A DNA stretch of 64,000 bases from Methanotrichaceae archaeon. Lineage in GTDB: Archaea > Halobacteriota > Methanosarcinia > Methanotrichales > Methanotrichaceae. Position numbers and translations under genes: made by a program. Below the pieces are notes generated by a model that was not told where the DNA came from, did no database searches, and worked only from the letters and a program-made list of their open reading frames with translations. The stretch lies in the NCBI GenBank assembly GCA_963803145.1, contig CAWDLW010000008.1, forward strand, positions 352,001 to 416,000. Direction: 5' to 3'. Position 1 is the first letter of the stretch; every line of letters starts with the position of its first letter. Positions 30,495-40,552 of the stretch are shown here, piece by piece.

Positions 30495-31568
30495 CTACTT
30501 AGTTAAATTAGCTGATTTATTGCATGTCGTGCAGTTCTTGCTCTTCGTTATGGTAACATTGATCATCGACCTGGCCGTGCCTATCGCGGTCTGATCGCAT
30601 GTTGCACATCCCTTTACAGCACCAATTTCTGATTTATTTATCTGTTCAGTGACCAAGCTTTTCGCAATTATTGCCGACGAATTGCCAGTCGGGTTCTTCG
30701 TTGCAGTCATATTAACCAGCTGCATAGTAGTCACGAAGTTCGCTCCCTTGGAGGTTGCATACTGGATGAAATTCTTATATGCATCCAGGTAATCGCCGTT
30801 GCCTGATACGAGGTTGCTGAATATTACAACCATCGGATCTCCATTCTTGGCGCTTTCATCGAACTTCTTCGACAGAATTTCATACCACTGATCGCCGCTT
30901 AGCTTCTTAGTATCTTTTATATAGCGGTCGTAAAGATATACGCGCTCTCCATTAAGCATATATGTGCTCACAGGTACGGCATAGAGATTATGGCCCTCAA
31001 TGATATACGGCCAGGTATCCTTCTCGTGGCCGGGCATATAAATTGCCCCTGCCTGGAATCCGGCATCATAGACAATCCCCAGCTTCTCCAAGATATTAAA
31101 GGTAGCATTATTTTGATCAAATGCCTGGGGTCTGAAGCCTTTTATGTCAACATGCTTCCCGCCGCATACATAGCAGTGATAAAGTGCATCCTTTGCATTC
31201 GTCAATAGAGTCTCCTGGTCGGCATCGGACATGGTTGAGAGCTTCTCATCAGTTGTATTTCCGTAAAGAGCAAGCTCGTGAGTGGGATGAGTTCCCTGCT
31301 CTGTTATTCCAAGCCTGTATGCAGATACAATATCCTGGCTCACAAATATAGTAGCATTCAATTGTCCTGGAACCAGCTCATTGGTTAAAGCTATCAGGGA
31401 GTTTCCAGCTTCTGTCGTCTGATCTGCGGTTGGCGTGTGATTTATGTCTGCATCCAACATCATATTAACAACTACCGGACTCTCTTTAGAAAGAGAGATT
31501 CCAGCAGATCCTAGCAGAAACACGCCTAGGAGAACTACTATAACCATAGTGCTTTTTATATTATGCAT
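30495..31568 (-). CDS. Secreted polysaccharide-deacetylase-like protein (CE4/NodB fold)
   Basis: Signal peptide; ATIFV, HELALYG, KGFRPQ, GIVYDAG; several catalytic positions look altered. Confidence 0.7.
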   Translation of the reverse strand: MHNIKSTMVIVVLLGVFLLGSAGISLSKESPVVVNMMLDADINHTPTADQTTEAGNSLIALTNELVPGQLNATIFVSQDIVSAYRLGITEQGTHPTHELALYGNTTDEKLSTMSDADQETLLTNAKDALYHCYVCGGKHVDIKGFRPQAFDQNNATFNILEKLGIVYDAGFQAGAIYMPGHEKDTWPYIIEGHNLYAVPVSTYMLNGERVYLYDRYIKDTKKLSGDQWYEILSKKFDESAKNGDPMVVIFSNLVSGNGDYLDAYKNFIQYATSKGANFVTTMQLVNMTATKNPTGNSSAIIAKSLVTEQINKSEIGAVKGCATCDQTAIGTARSMINVTITKSKNCTTCNKSANLTK

Positions 31569-31820
31569 GTTTATACCCTCTGAACCCTTATTCTGAGTTA
31601 ACCCTAAATGGCTTGTCTATTTAGCGCACTTTTATACTTGATATAGACTTCGGTTGAATAATTATAATAGCCTTTTTATTATTAGTATGTTAACAATTTA
31701 TTTATTTTATCCTAATACATAAATAATGCCTGCAGTATGTTGGTTTCCGCTAATTTTATCTCAAATCATTGGTATTAATAGGATAGAAAAATTTAAATAG
31801 ACTGGAATCTATTATCCTGA

Positions 31821-32582
31821 TTGGTGATCAGAATGCGGATATATTCGCGAAGAGGGGCACTAATTATTTTGTTGTGCCTAATGAGTATAATTGTGGGTGC
31901 ATACGCCGATGACCAACAAACAGCATCTCATGCTGGATGTACTCCAGTCACCCAGAGCGTAGTGGCTCCAGGAGACATAATTAATCTGAAAGGCCCGGAT
32001 GTCGCGGCAGATCAGGCTGCTTTGGGCATCACGTGGGACTATCAATGGACTGTGAAAGAAAACGATGCAAATGGTAAGACTGTACAGCAATCTTCAGGAC
32101 AGAACTTTGCGTTCAATGTACCTGCCACGAGTTATGCCAAGAACTATTATATCGATTTAATGGTAACAGCTCATCAGGCATCCCTTTGTATCAATGAAGC
32201 CTGCATGTTATTCCCAATTGTGGCTCCAGGACAATGTACGATATCTACAACTCAGCCCACTCAAATTTGCGTTTCGGATACTTCAGGCTATAGCTATACA
32301 ACAGCAGCAACACCAAGCCAGGTTAACCAGCGCTGGTGGATATTCCCATTAGCTAAGCTGCCTTCAGATCCCTCAACGCTAGGCTACAACGACCAGGCAA
32401 CCTATAAGATAGGAGATGGAAATAGCATATCAGTGAACTGGAATGCTGTGTCCGGTGGCAATTCCGGAACATATGTAGTGTTAACAGCATACTATGCTAA
32501 GAAATCAAACGCATACCAGGGCTCCTGTCAGATGAGGATCACTGTAGTAGGCGTACCATCTTCAACTATAACAGTCACTTGA
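31821..32582 (+). CDS. Secreted two-Ig-domain Cys-containing protein (candidate filament shaft subunit)
   Basis: Signal peptide; domain 1 aligns with the N-terminus of 34427-38326, domain 2 with the C-terminus of 32726-34408. Confidence 0.75.
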   Translation: MVIRMRIYSRRGALIILLCLMSIIVGAYADDQQTASHAGCTPVTQSVVAPGDIINLKGPDVAADQAALGITWDYQWTVKENDANGKTVQQSSGQNFAFNVPATSYAKNYYIDLMVTAHQASLCINEACMLFPIVAPGQCTISTTQPTQICVSDTSGYSYTTAATPSQVNQRWWIFPLAKLPSDPSTLGYNDQATYKIGDGNSISVNWNAVSGGNSGTYVVLTAYYAKKSNAYQGSCQMRITVVGVPSSTITVT

Positions 32583-32725
32583 GAGCTATCGGCGGCACCA
32601 GGGCACATGCCTTGGTTCTCCACAATTTATTTGACAAGATACTCCTGGTAGAAGGAGGCTTGCCCATAAAATGAATCTAATCGATAAGATTTCTGTGATA
32701 CAGATGGGGGATCGGTTAAAACATT

Positions 32726-34408
32726 ATGCTGCAGAAACCATCGGCCACTAAGTCGAGCAACATAAAAGATCAATCCAATAAGTTATACTTTATATTTATA
32801 TTAATTTACTTATCTAATAATGTCGCGAATGCTGCAGACGACTGGCCTGATTGCAATTTTCACTGCGACGCGGGCGATGTTACTCTTTTGAAGGCATATC
32901 TTGGAGATGCATCAGGCGATCCTCTTAAGAGCTGCTCATCAGGAAGTCCTGTGACAGCATATCTCTGGATTAGCATTTACAACAATGCCAATTCTCCCAG
33001 GAACGCCGTGATATTGCTTGCGGATGTATATATCGATGATAATCTCGCATATACGACATATCCCGATGGGTTATGTGTTCTGGATAATATCGACCCCAAG
33101 GCCACTTCAAATTATGCGATTTACAGCTTCTCCTGGACATGCGGCCAATCGGTTAAGCTCACCAGGATGGTGCTCAGCTGGGAGACTGCAAACGATGTAA
33201 CATGTGTCAATGCAAATCGCAAATGCGCCAATAGAGGCACGAAATGCTATGGCGGAGAAACCATTGAAGTGCCGGTGCAGACACCCCTGGTGGCTGACTT
33301 CTACTCCAATTCACCACAGTGCTGCTGCGACGTCTCTTTTTATAATAATAGCCATGGAGGAGTTTCCCCTTATACATTTCAGTGGAATTTCGGCGATGGA
33401 TCCACAATTAGCACCCTCCAGAACTCCACACACGCATACAGCAGTCCAGGGACTTACAGCGTCACATTAACCGTAAAGGATAGTGTAGGAACCTCAACAT
33501 CAATAACAAAACAGGTTACTCTGTATCCTCACCCCGATGCAGATGCTGGCAATAATCTGAGCATCGTCCCAGGAGGCTCAGTCGGCTTAGGAGGCAGCAC
33601 CTCAGGTGGAAGTCCTCCTTATAGCTTTGCCTGGTCACCAGCCAGCAGCCTCAGCAATCCATCGTTGCAAAATCCCCTAGCTTCGCCTCTTAACACGACC
33701 AAATATACTCTCACTGTAACAGATTCACATGGCTGCACGGGCTCCGATTTTGTGACTGTCTATGTTTCATCGATCAAAGTAGCGAAATCCGCATCCAATA
33801 ACCCTGTGCAAACAGGATCCCAGGTCACGTATACCTACAAAGTCCAGAATACTGGAGGCTCAAATCTAAAAATGATATCCCTGGTTGATTCCTACTTTGG
33901 AGCCATAGCCGGTCCACCCACAGGGGACTTGAATGGAGACAATCTGCTAAATCCGAGGGAGACCTGGACTTATCAGGCAATTTACCGCATTTATGCCAAT
34001 ACTACAAATTATGCCATTGCAAGTGCAACAGATCCAACGGGAATGATGGTCACCTCTAATTCAGCCATTGTAGTCGTCAATGTGACCAACCCGCAGGGGT
34101 TTCCAGGATTCGCCATCCAGGGCAATGACCTCGTATGCATTATGACACCCTCCACGTATACCTACACGATAACAGGACAGCCTATTACAAATTATCGATC
34201 CACATGGCAGATCGATGGCTCGCCTATCAATAACATAAACGCTGATGGCAGCATTACAGTGGACTGGAGGCTTTACGGCAGTGGCTATCACCTCCTTCAG
34301 CTTTCTGTAAACTTCATCGATGACCGGGGAAGAATATGGCACACCAGCTTGTATGGAATGAAGATTCTGGTGGTCAATACCCCTAGCGCCAACATACGGG
34401 TCATGTAA
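32726..34408 (+). CDS. Secreted PKD/Ig-repeat protein (candidate tip subunit)
   Basis: Cys-rich N-domain; PKD motif WNFGDG...HAYSSPGTYSVTLTV; DUF11-like domain with GDLNGDNLLNPRETW. Confidence 0.8.
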   Translation: MLQKPSATKSSNIKDQSNKLYFIFILIYLSNNVANAADDWPDCNFHCDAGDVTLLKAYLGDASGDPLKSCSSGSPVTAYLWISIYNNANSPRNAVILLADVYIDDNLAYTTYPDGLCVLDNIDPKATSNYAIYSFSWTCGQSVKLTRMVLSWETANDVTCVNANRKCANRGTKCYGGETIEVPVQTPLVADFYSNSPQCCCDVSFYNNSHGGVSPYTFQWNFGDGSTISTLQNSTHAYSSPGTYSVTLTVKDSVGTSTSITKQVTLYPHPDADAGNNLSIVPGGSVGLGGSTSGGSPPYSFAWSPASSLSNPSLQNPLASPLNTTKYTLTVTDSHGCTGSDFVTVYVSSIKVAKSASNNPVQTGSQVTYTYKVQNTGGSNLKMISLVDSYFGAIAGPPTGDLNGDNLLNPRETWTYQAIYRIYANTTNYAIASATDPTGMMVTSNSAIVVVNVTNPQGFPGFAIQGNDLVCIMTPSTYTYTITGQPITNYRSTWQIDGSPINNINADGSITVDWRLYGSGYHLLQLSVNFIDDRGRIWHTSLYGMKILVVNTPSANIRVM

Positions 34409-34426
34409 GGGATAGTACTTATCGAA

Positions 34427-37400
34427 ATGTCAGAAGTCTCCTTAGCCAAAAAAGAAAAAGAGGTGAGAGATTGGCACAAAGTAGCGGAGACTGCCGTAAT
34501 ACTGATAATATTATTTCAAGCCATCCTTACTGCGGGAGGCGAAACTCAACATGTGGGTGGCAAAACATATACCTTTAGCGGGCCTGCGGCTCCTGCTGGC
34601 GAAATTTACGCCTATAATTGGACGGTAACTGCTGGAACTCCCCAAACATCCAGCGATGCATCCTTCCAATGGACCTCGCCTCAGGTAACAGAGCCCACCG
34701 AAGTGACAATCAAACTAATAGTAAGAAGCAACAAAGCAATATGCCCAGGCAAGAGCGAGCTTGAACTGCTGATCATCCCCGGCAGCCAGCCCAAGATATC
34801 TCTTAAAAAGGATTGTATTTTCACCCCTCCAGTAAGAGTAGGAGACTCAATTACATACATTTATAATGTAACGAACAGCGGAAATGTCCCGCTAACCGAT
34901 ATAAGCCTCACTGATATGCAGGATTGGGGGCCGGATTGCCATCCAGCAAGAGCCGGAAATGGAGACGGCATACTCAACCCGGGAGAGACCTGGCAGTATG
35001 AGTGCAAATATATCGTCCCTGATCCATCCGATTACCAGCAGCTGCATATAATGTCTGATAATTCTTCTAAAGATGCAATAATCCAGAGGCTGATGGATAT
35101 GAAGGTCCTGCTGGAGATGAAGATGAATGGCCTAAAGCCCAAGCGCCAGAGATTCAATACTAAAGTGGCAACACTGACCATTCATCATAAGCTCTTAAAT
35201 GGGAGCAACTATACGCTCTACAATTACACCAATGAAATCACAGGGGAAAGCTTAAGTCGATGGTTAGATTCGGATGGAAAAACCAGAAGATCAGACTATT
35301 ACGATCCTGTGACTCAGGCAATACTGACTGCCGAGTACAATTCCGATGGAAGTCCAAAATCGGATTCAATCCTGTTGATAGAGCCTAAGGATTATTTAAA
35401 AATAGAATATGACGTGGCTTCGAACAGATATAAAAATTACACAACCGGCTACACAAGTTATACAATCATAGATTACAATACAGGCGACACGCTGATACTG
35501 TTAGTACATATTTCTGGCAAGATAGTGAGCAAGGAGTATAGAAAGACGCCGGGATACAGGCCATATGAAGAAAAATACTTCCTCAAAAATACAGCTTCAG
35601 TGACTGGAAAAGACCCGGACGGCAGTATAGTCTCGGATATGGACTCATTCTCTCTGGAGATCTACAAACAGCTCCCTGTTCTGAGGATTACCAAGAAGGC
35701 AGATCCGGATCCTGTAAGTTCGGGCGGCACTATCAACTATACCATTACCTATCAGAATACAGGAAAAGAGGATGCTCATCAGGTAGTAATCAAAGAAAAA
35801 TATGACCCAAATATGATATTCAAATCTGCAAACCCAATTCCCGATGCAGGGACCATGGATACATGGACGGTGGGCGATTTGCCGAGCGGTGTGTCCGGAA
35901 CAATAAAAATAACTGCCAATGTCAGTACGACCATCGCTCCTGGCAGCAGCATAATGAACGTGGCAGATTTGACCTGCAAAGAGAACGCATCTGACCGGGC
36001 TATTATCAACACAACAGTAAAAAACCTTGGACTGAACATAACCAAAAATGCATCATCCCGCTATATCAAAGCCGGGAATATCCTGACCTACACCATAAAC
36101 TACAGGAATGACGGACCAGGTGTGCAAACTAACGTAATAGTTCATGATTATCTGGATCCAAATGTTGGATTCGTGGGTTCCACCCCGCATCCCACGGGCT
36201 ATTTGGGCAGTCATTACTGGTGGAAAGTAGGAACTTTGAATGTGGGAGATAGCGGGACTATATCGATCCCTGTTAAAGTAAAGGATAGTGCCCCGGATTT
36301 TATCTATAATAATTATAGGATAGATTCCGATCAGACAAAAGGAAGCAATGCAACGTTAGCGACAATGGTCGTTAGCTCCCTCTGGATTAGGAAAACTGCA
36401 GATAGAAAAACGTATTCCCCTGGAGAAAACATAACATATACGATACTCTATGGAAATGATCAATCTACAACCGCATTCGATGTTAACGTTATGGATGTAT
36501 TGCCCGACGTGAAGTTATTAGGTGTCTCTCCATCCCCCACATCTGTTAATGGTAGCACGCTCGAATGGAATATTGGAGATTTGAAATCTGGAGAGAACAG
36601 AACCATCACAGTAATGGTCCACATACCCGAGAAGTCTGAGATTAAGTTCAATGAAGAGTCCTCTGTTAGAGGAGAGGGTTATGCTTACGTAAACAAAAAG
36701 CTCTCTACTGTTGAGGAGCATACTTCCCTTATAAACAGGGCCAATATATCGGGATATTACATGATAAATGCACCTCCCTATAATGCCTCAGCCACTTCAA
36801 CTGTCACCATCCTCGGGTCAGCAGGCACACAGATTTCCACATATGAACATGGAAGCGGCTATTATAAGGAAGACGAGCGGACAAGCCTGCGGTCCAAGAA
36901 CCATAGCATAGCTCTGAGCAAAGATATTACTGCCCAGCATAATAACACTGTCTTTTCTCTGCCTGGAAGCATGAAAGTTAAATATCAATCACAATGGTAT
37001 GACCGCACAACCGCCGAGAATCACGTCCTCAACGACGTAGTCTCCGAGAATTATCTTTACATGGACTCTCTCGATAAGACAAGCTCCTTCCGCGTGGATC
37101 AGAACCAGACCGTTTATCACTCGGAATCAGACTTTAGCGGTGGTATCGCTCAAATCGACTATAAAAAGCATGTGCCTAATAGCACGAACACGCTCAAGGA
37201 GATAAGCGAGAATTATCAGGGAAGCTTCAGAGTGCTTGAGTCAGTGGACTCATATGGAGACAGTACCAAATATATAAAATCAGCAAATGGAAACGGTTTT
37301 GTCTCATCTGATAAGAGGAATAATAGACCCATATCCAATAAGGGATCCGACCTGCTTCAGAGATCATTCGAATATGGAAGCGGATACTACAATTCCGAGG

Positions 37401-38326
37401 AGTCTTTACAGCTCAGCTCATTGACGAAGAGCACGAAGATGGCCTATGCCCCCGAAAACCTTACCGCTGGAACCATAAATGTCAGCTATGCATCTCTCTG
37501 GAATGAAGGATTGATTACAAAAGATCCAAGTTTAGGACTCATATTAAGCGAGAAGATCGGGTCCGCCTCATATGTCAATAAAGATGCGTGGATGGAGACA
37601 TCCTCCATGGCATTTATGGGAGAGTTCAATGGCTCAATGGATATAAGGGCAGTTGTGCATCCCCTGAGTATAAAGAGAAAGGAGGTCGATCAAAGCTTTG
37701 TAGGCAACTATACAATAAGCACTGCAATAACCGCTTACAGAAACCCCAAGTATACCTATCCACATGTGAGCATCAGCAAGGTGGCGAAAAAGGAGGACGA
37801 AAGCACAATGCTGTTCTTGATCAATGTAACCAACGATGGCAATGGGGTCCTAAAATCGCTTTGCGTTACAGACAACATGCCGGATGGGCTGACCTTCATA
37901 AATTCCAGCCTCCGGCCGAAAATAAACGGCCAGATCATCAACTGGACTATATCCTCACTGGACATAAGCAGAACTCTGACAATAAAGCTCAGAGCCAAGA
38001 TTGAGAATGATCTCTATCCATACACAAATATCGCCAGGGTAACTGCGCAGTATAATGGGCATATTCTGACTTCGTCAAACTCGACCTCATTTACGCCCTA
38101 CTACCTGCCCTTCTATATAGGGTCCCATCCTGTGGAGAATTCTTATCTTGCAAAAGTCTTTGACGTCTCCTTAGTTCAGGGACAGTGGGGTGTGTGGAAG
38201 CCCTCTCCATCATTTAATATGACCTTAGAGGCGCCAGATTGCTTTAAAGATATAGATGATTACTACAATGACCTTGACAAAAGCGAATCTGGGTGCTGCC
38301 CTCTATCATCCTATGACGTTCCATAA
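34427..38326 (+). CDS. Large secreted DUF11-repeat surface protein (candidate base/anchor)
   Basis: Repeated LxIxKxA...GxxITYTIxYxN DUF11 units; two copies of the 3050-3802 domain at 36641-37740. Confidence 0.8.
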   Translation: MSEVSLAKKEKEVRDWHKVAETAVILIILFQAILTAGGETQHVGGKTYTFSGPAAPAGEIYAYNWTVTAGTPQTSSDASFQWTSPQVTEPTEVTIKLIVRSNKAICPGKSELELLIIPGSQPKISLKKDCIFTPPVRVGDSITYIYNVTNSGNVPLTDISLTDMQDWGPDCHPARAGNGDGILNPGETWQYECKYIVPDPSDYQQLHIMSDNSSKDAIIQRLMDMKVLLEMKMNGLKPKRQRFNTKVATLTIHHKLLNGSNYTLYNYTNEITGESLSRWLDSDGKTRRSDYYDPVTQAILTAEYNSDGSPKSDSILLIEPKDYLKIEYDVASNRYKNYTTGYTSYTIIDYNTGDTLILLVHISGKIVSKEYRKTPGYRPYEEKYFLKNTASVTGKDPDGSIVSDMDSFSLEIYKQLPVLRITKKADPDPVSSGGTINYTITYQNTGKEDAHQVVIKEKYDPNMIFKSANPIPDAGTMDTWTVGDLPSGVSGTIKITANVSTTIAPGSSIMNVADLTCKENASDRAIINTTVKNLGLNITKNASSRYIKAGNILTYTINYRNDGPGVQTNVIVHDYLDPNVGFVGSTPHPTGYLGSHYWWKVGTLNVGDSGTISIPVKVKDSAPDFIYNNYRIDSDQTKGSNATLATMVVSSLWIRKTADRKTYSPGENITYTILYGNDQSTTAFDVNVMDVLPDVKLLGVSPSPTSVNGSTLEWNIGDLKSGENRTITVMVHIPEKSEIKFNEESSVRGEGYAYVNKKLSTVEEHTSLINRANISGYYMINAPPYNASATSTVTILGSAGTQISTYEHGSGYYKEDERTSLRSKNHSIALSKDITAQHNNTVFSLPGSMKVKYQSQWYDRTTAENHVLNDVVSENYLYMDSLDKTSSFRVDQNQTVYHSESDFSGGIAQIDYKKHVPNSTNTLKEISENYQGSFRVLESVDSYGDSTKYIKSANGNGFVSSDKRNNRPISNKGSDLLQRSFEYGSGYYNSEESLQLSSLTKSTKMAYAPENLTAGTINVSYASLWNEGLITKDPSLGLILSEKIGSASYVNKDAWMETSSMAFMGEFNGSMDIRAVVHPLSIKRKEVDQSFVGNYTISTAITAYRNPKYTYPHVSISKVAKKEDESTMLFLINVTNDGNGVLKSLCVTDNMPDGLTFINSSLRPKINGQIINWTISSLDISRTLTIKLRAKIENDLYPYTNIARVTAQYNGHILTSSNSTSFTPYYLPFYIGSHPVENSYLAKVFDVSLVQGQWGVWKPSPSFNMTLEAPDCFKDIDDYYNDLDKSESGCCPLSSYDVP

Positions 38327-38402
38327 GCTAAACGAAGGCTGACGTAATTGGAATGCGAATGCAAGGTTGCTTAAAAATATAGGGGGCATATCCCAACTGC
38401 TA

Positions 38403-40475
38403 CTAGATCAGCTCATATGAACGGGATAGCATCATTAAAGGATATTTATCCTCATCGGAGCCTATGTTATGAGGAATATCGCTGACACCATCGCCATTGC
38501 TGTCAACTCTTCGTCCATCATTCCAGTAATTTCCTAAATAACCTTTGTAATCCTTCCCGTTATATCGGTATCCTAATAATTCCTCACTGCTCCAGCGATT
38601 TGTGGAGATTAATGATTGGGCGCTGTACAAGTTATTTATAAAGTTGTTGAGATATATTTTATTATTGCTTGACTGTTCAGGATACATGCCCTCATCTAAA
38701 TATAAGCCATAATTATTATCGCTTAAGTTATTGAAGAGAAGGATATTTTGGTCTGAGTTTTCCAGCATTATCCCCTGGCGACAATTATGGATAGAGTTAT
38801 CTGTTATGTTGCTCTGGCTCGAGCTATAAATGCTGATTCCAGCATCCTTGCTTTGGGCCTCATTCCCTATAAGGCCATTCCCTTTAGAGGTCATTATCGA
38901 AATTCCATTATCGCCTCCAAGGACTTTATTGGAGATTATGTGATTCTGGGGTGACTGATCAAGCCTTATGCCGTCTTTATTGCGGCGCATATCATTACCT
39001 TTAAGGGTATTATTTCTCGAATCTGTGACAAAAATCCCTTTATCATTATCATAGAGCCTGTTGGATAACAGAGAATTATCTTCAGAATGCTCAATCAAAA
39101 CTCCATTTTGGCAATTGATTATCTCATTCCTGCCAAGACTATTCATATTTGAATAGTTTAAGCAAATTCCCTGAGCCGTGCTTTTACTGGCATTGTTTTC
39201 ATTTAATATATTATTAAAAGCATCCTGCAGCAAAATTCCATTGCCATTCAAATTCGCCTGATTTTTGAATAGGGTATTCTTGTTGCTGCTGATAGAGAGA
39301 ACTATACCACTCGGGTTCTTGTGTGCAATGTTTCCTATAAGGTGGTTGCCGTTTGAATTTTCTAAGAGTATACCTTGCCTATAATCCATTTCTGCCAAAT
39401 TTTCCGTCAGGTTGTTGTTTGAAGACCCATTTAAGTAAGCTCCGCTGCCGCCAGGCATATTGCAGAAACTGTTCTTGTAAATCAGATTATTATCTGAGCC
39501 CATGAGGTGAATTCCATCATACTTGTTAGCGTTGGCATCGTTATCCTCAATGATGTTATTATTGGAATAATAGACCGTTATTCCCCATCCATCGTTCTTG
39601 TCAAAGTTATTTCCTTTAATATAATTGCCAGAGCAATTCCAGAGGTAAAGAGCATAATCATTCTTGAAGGCTGTATTATTCAAGATATAATTCGCCTCAG
39701 ATAGATAGGGGTAGATGCCATAGTCATTATCGATGGCGATATTCTCTATAATACGATTATCCTTAGCTTCCGACAAAACGATGCCATAATCATTTGTAAC
39801 CAATTCGTTTTTTGTTACGACGTTTCCTTGGGACCTGAATAGCTTTATGCCTACACCCAGGTTCTCGCTGGCGTTATTTCCCGCAACTGTATTATTATTG
39901 GAATCGATGAGCATTATCCCTGCCTGGTTATTATTATAGATCTCATTTCCCGTAAGGTTATTTCTTTGGGAATCGTAGAGTATTATGCCCCCCAAGTAGT
40001 TATTATATGCCTCATTAGATACAATATTGTTTTTAGAAGAGGATAGTCGGATTCCAATGCTGTTTCCTTGAACTGTATTATTTATAAGGGTATTATCCTG
40101 AGATCTGGCTTCAATTCCGGACATCGACCAGCCACCTGCCCCAGTCAGATTTAGGCCATCCAGGATTGTGCTATCAGCTAGGATTGTGACTGCATTATGA
40201 TGACTATTAGCGATTATGACAGGCTTATTTCCTCCGGCTGATATGCCCTTTAGCACAAGCCTCTTAGTAACATTGATGCTCTCATTGTAGATCCCGCTAT
40301 GAATCTCTATGATATCTCCTGGAGAGGCTTTATCGATGGCAGATTGGATGCTAGCGCCCGGCACTACAGAGATGGTTGAAGCTTGAACCGATATAGAAAG
40401 CACGAAGATGACCATCAACCATACTAAGACCCCTATCAAAGTGCCAGCCCAATTAAACTGCATATATCTCCCCAT
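38403..40475 (-). CDS. Secreted NosD/CASH right-handed beta-helix protein
   Basis: SIQSAIDKASPGD, many NNxIxxN..GIxL repeats, GNYW...DSNGDGVSDIPH...DKYPL. Confidence 0.88.
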   Translation of the reverse strand: MGRYMQFNWAGTLIGVLVWLMVIFVLSISVQASTISVVPGASIQSAIDKASPGDIIEIHSGIYNESINVTKRLVLKGISAGGNKPVIIANSHHNAVTILADSTILDGLNLTGAGGWSMSGIEARSQDNTLINNTVQGNSIGIRLSSSKNNIVSNEAYNNYLGGIILYDSQRNNLTGNEIYNNNQAGIMLIDSNNNTVAGNNASENLGVGIKLFRSQGNVVTKNELVTNDYGIVLSEAKDNRIIENIAIDNDYGIYPYLSEANYILNNTAFKNDYALYLWNCSGNYIKGNNFDKNDGWGITVYYSNNNIIEDNDANANKYDGIHLMGSDNNLIYKNSFCNMPGGSGAYLNGSSNNNLTENLAEMDYRQGILLENSNGNHLIGNIAHKNPSGIVLSISSNKNTLFKNQANLNGNGILLQDAFNNILNENNASKSTAQGICLNYSNMNSLGRNEIINCQNGVLIEHSEDNSLLSNRLYDNDKGIFVTDSRNNTLKGNDMRRNKDGIRLDQSPQNHIISNKVLGGDNGISIMTSKGNGLIGNEAQSKDAGISIYSSSQSNITDNSIHNCRQGIMLENSDQNILLFNNLSDNNYGLYLDEGMYPEQSSNNKIYLNNFINNLYSAQSLISTNRWSSEELLGYRYNGKDYKGYLGNYWNDGRRVDSNGDGVSDIPHNIGSDEDKYPLMMLSRSYELI

Positions 40476-40552
40476 TCAAGCGGACTATCTTCTCCGATTT
40501 TCACTTACAAGTTTCTCTTTTTCCCCGCATCAAGCATTTTTAGGACGCAATA

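Noticed and set aside
30495-31568. Multiheme cytochrome from CxxC motifs
   Set aside because: None of the motifs is CxxCH.
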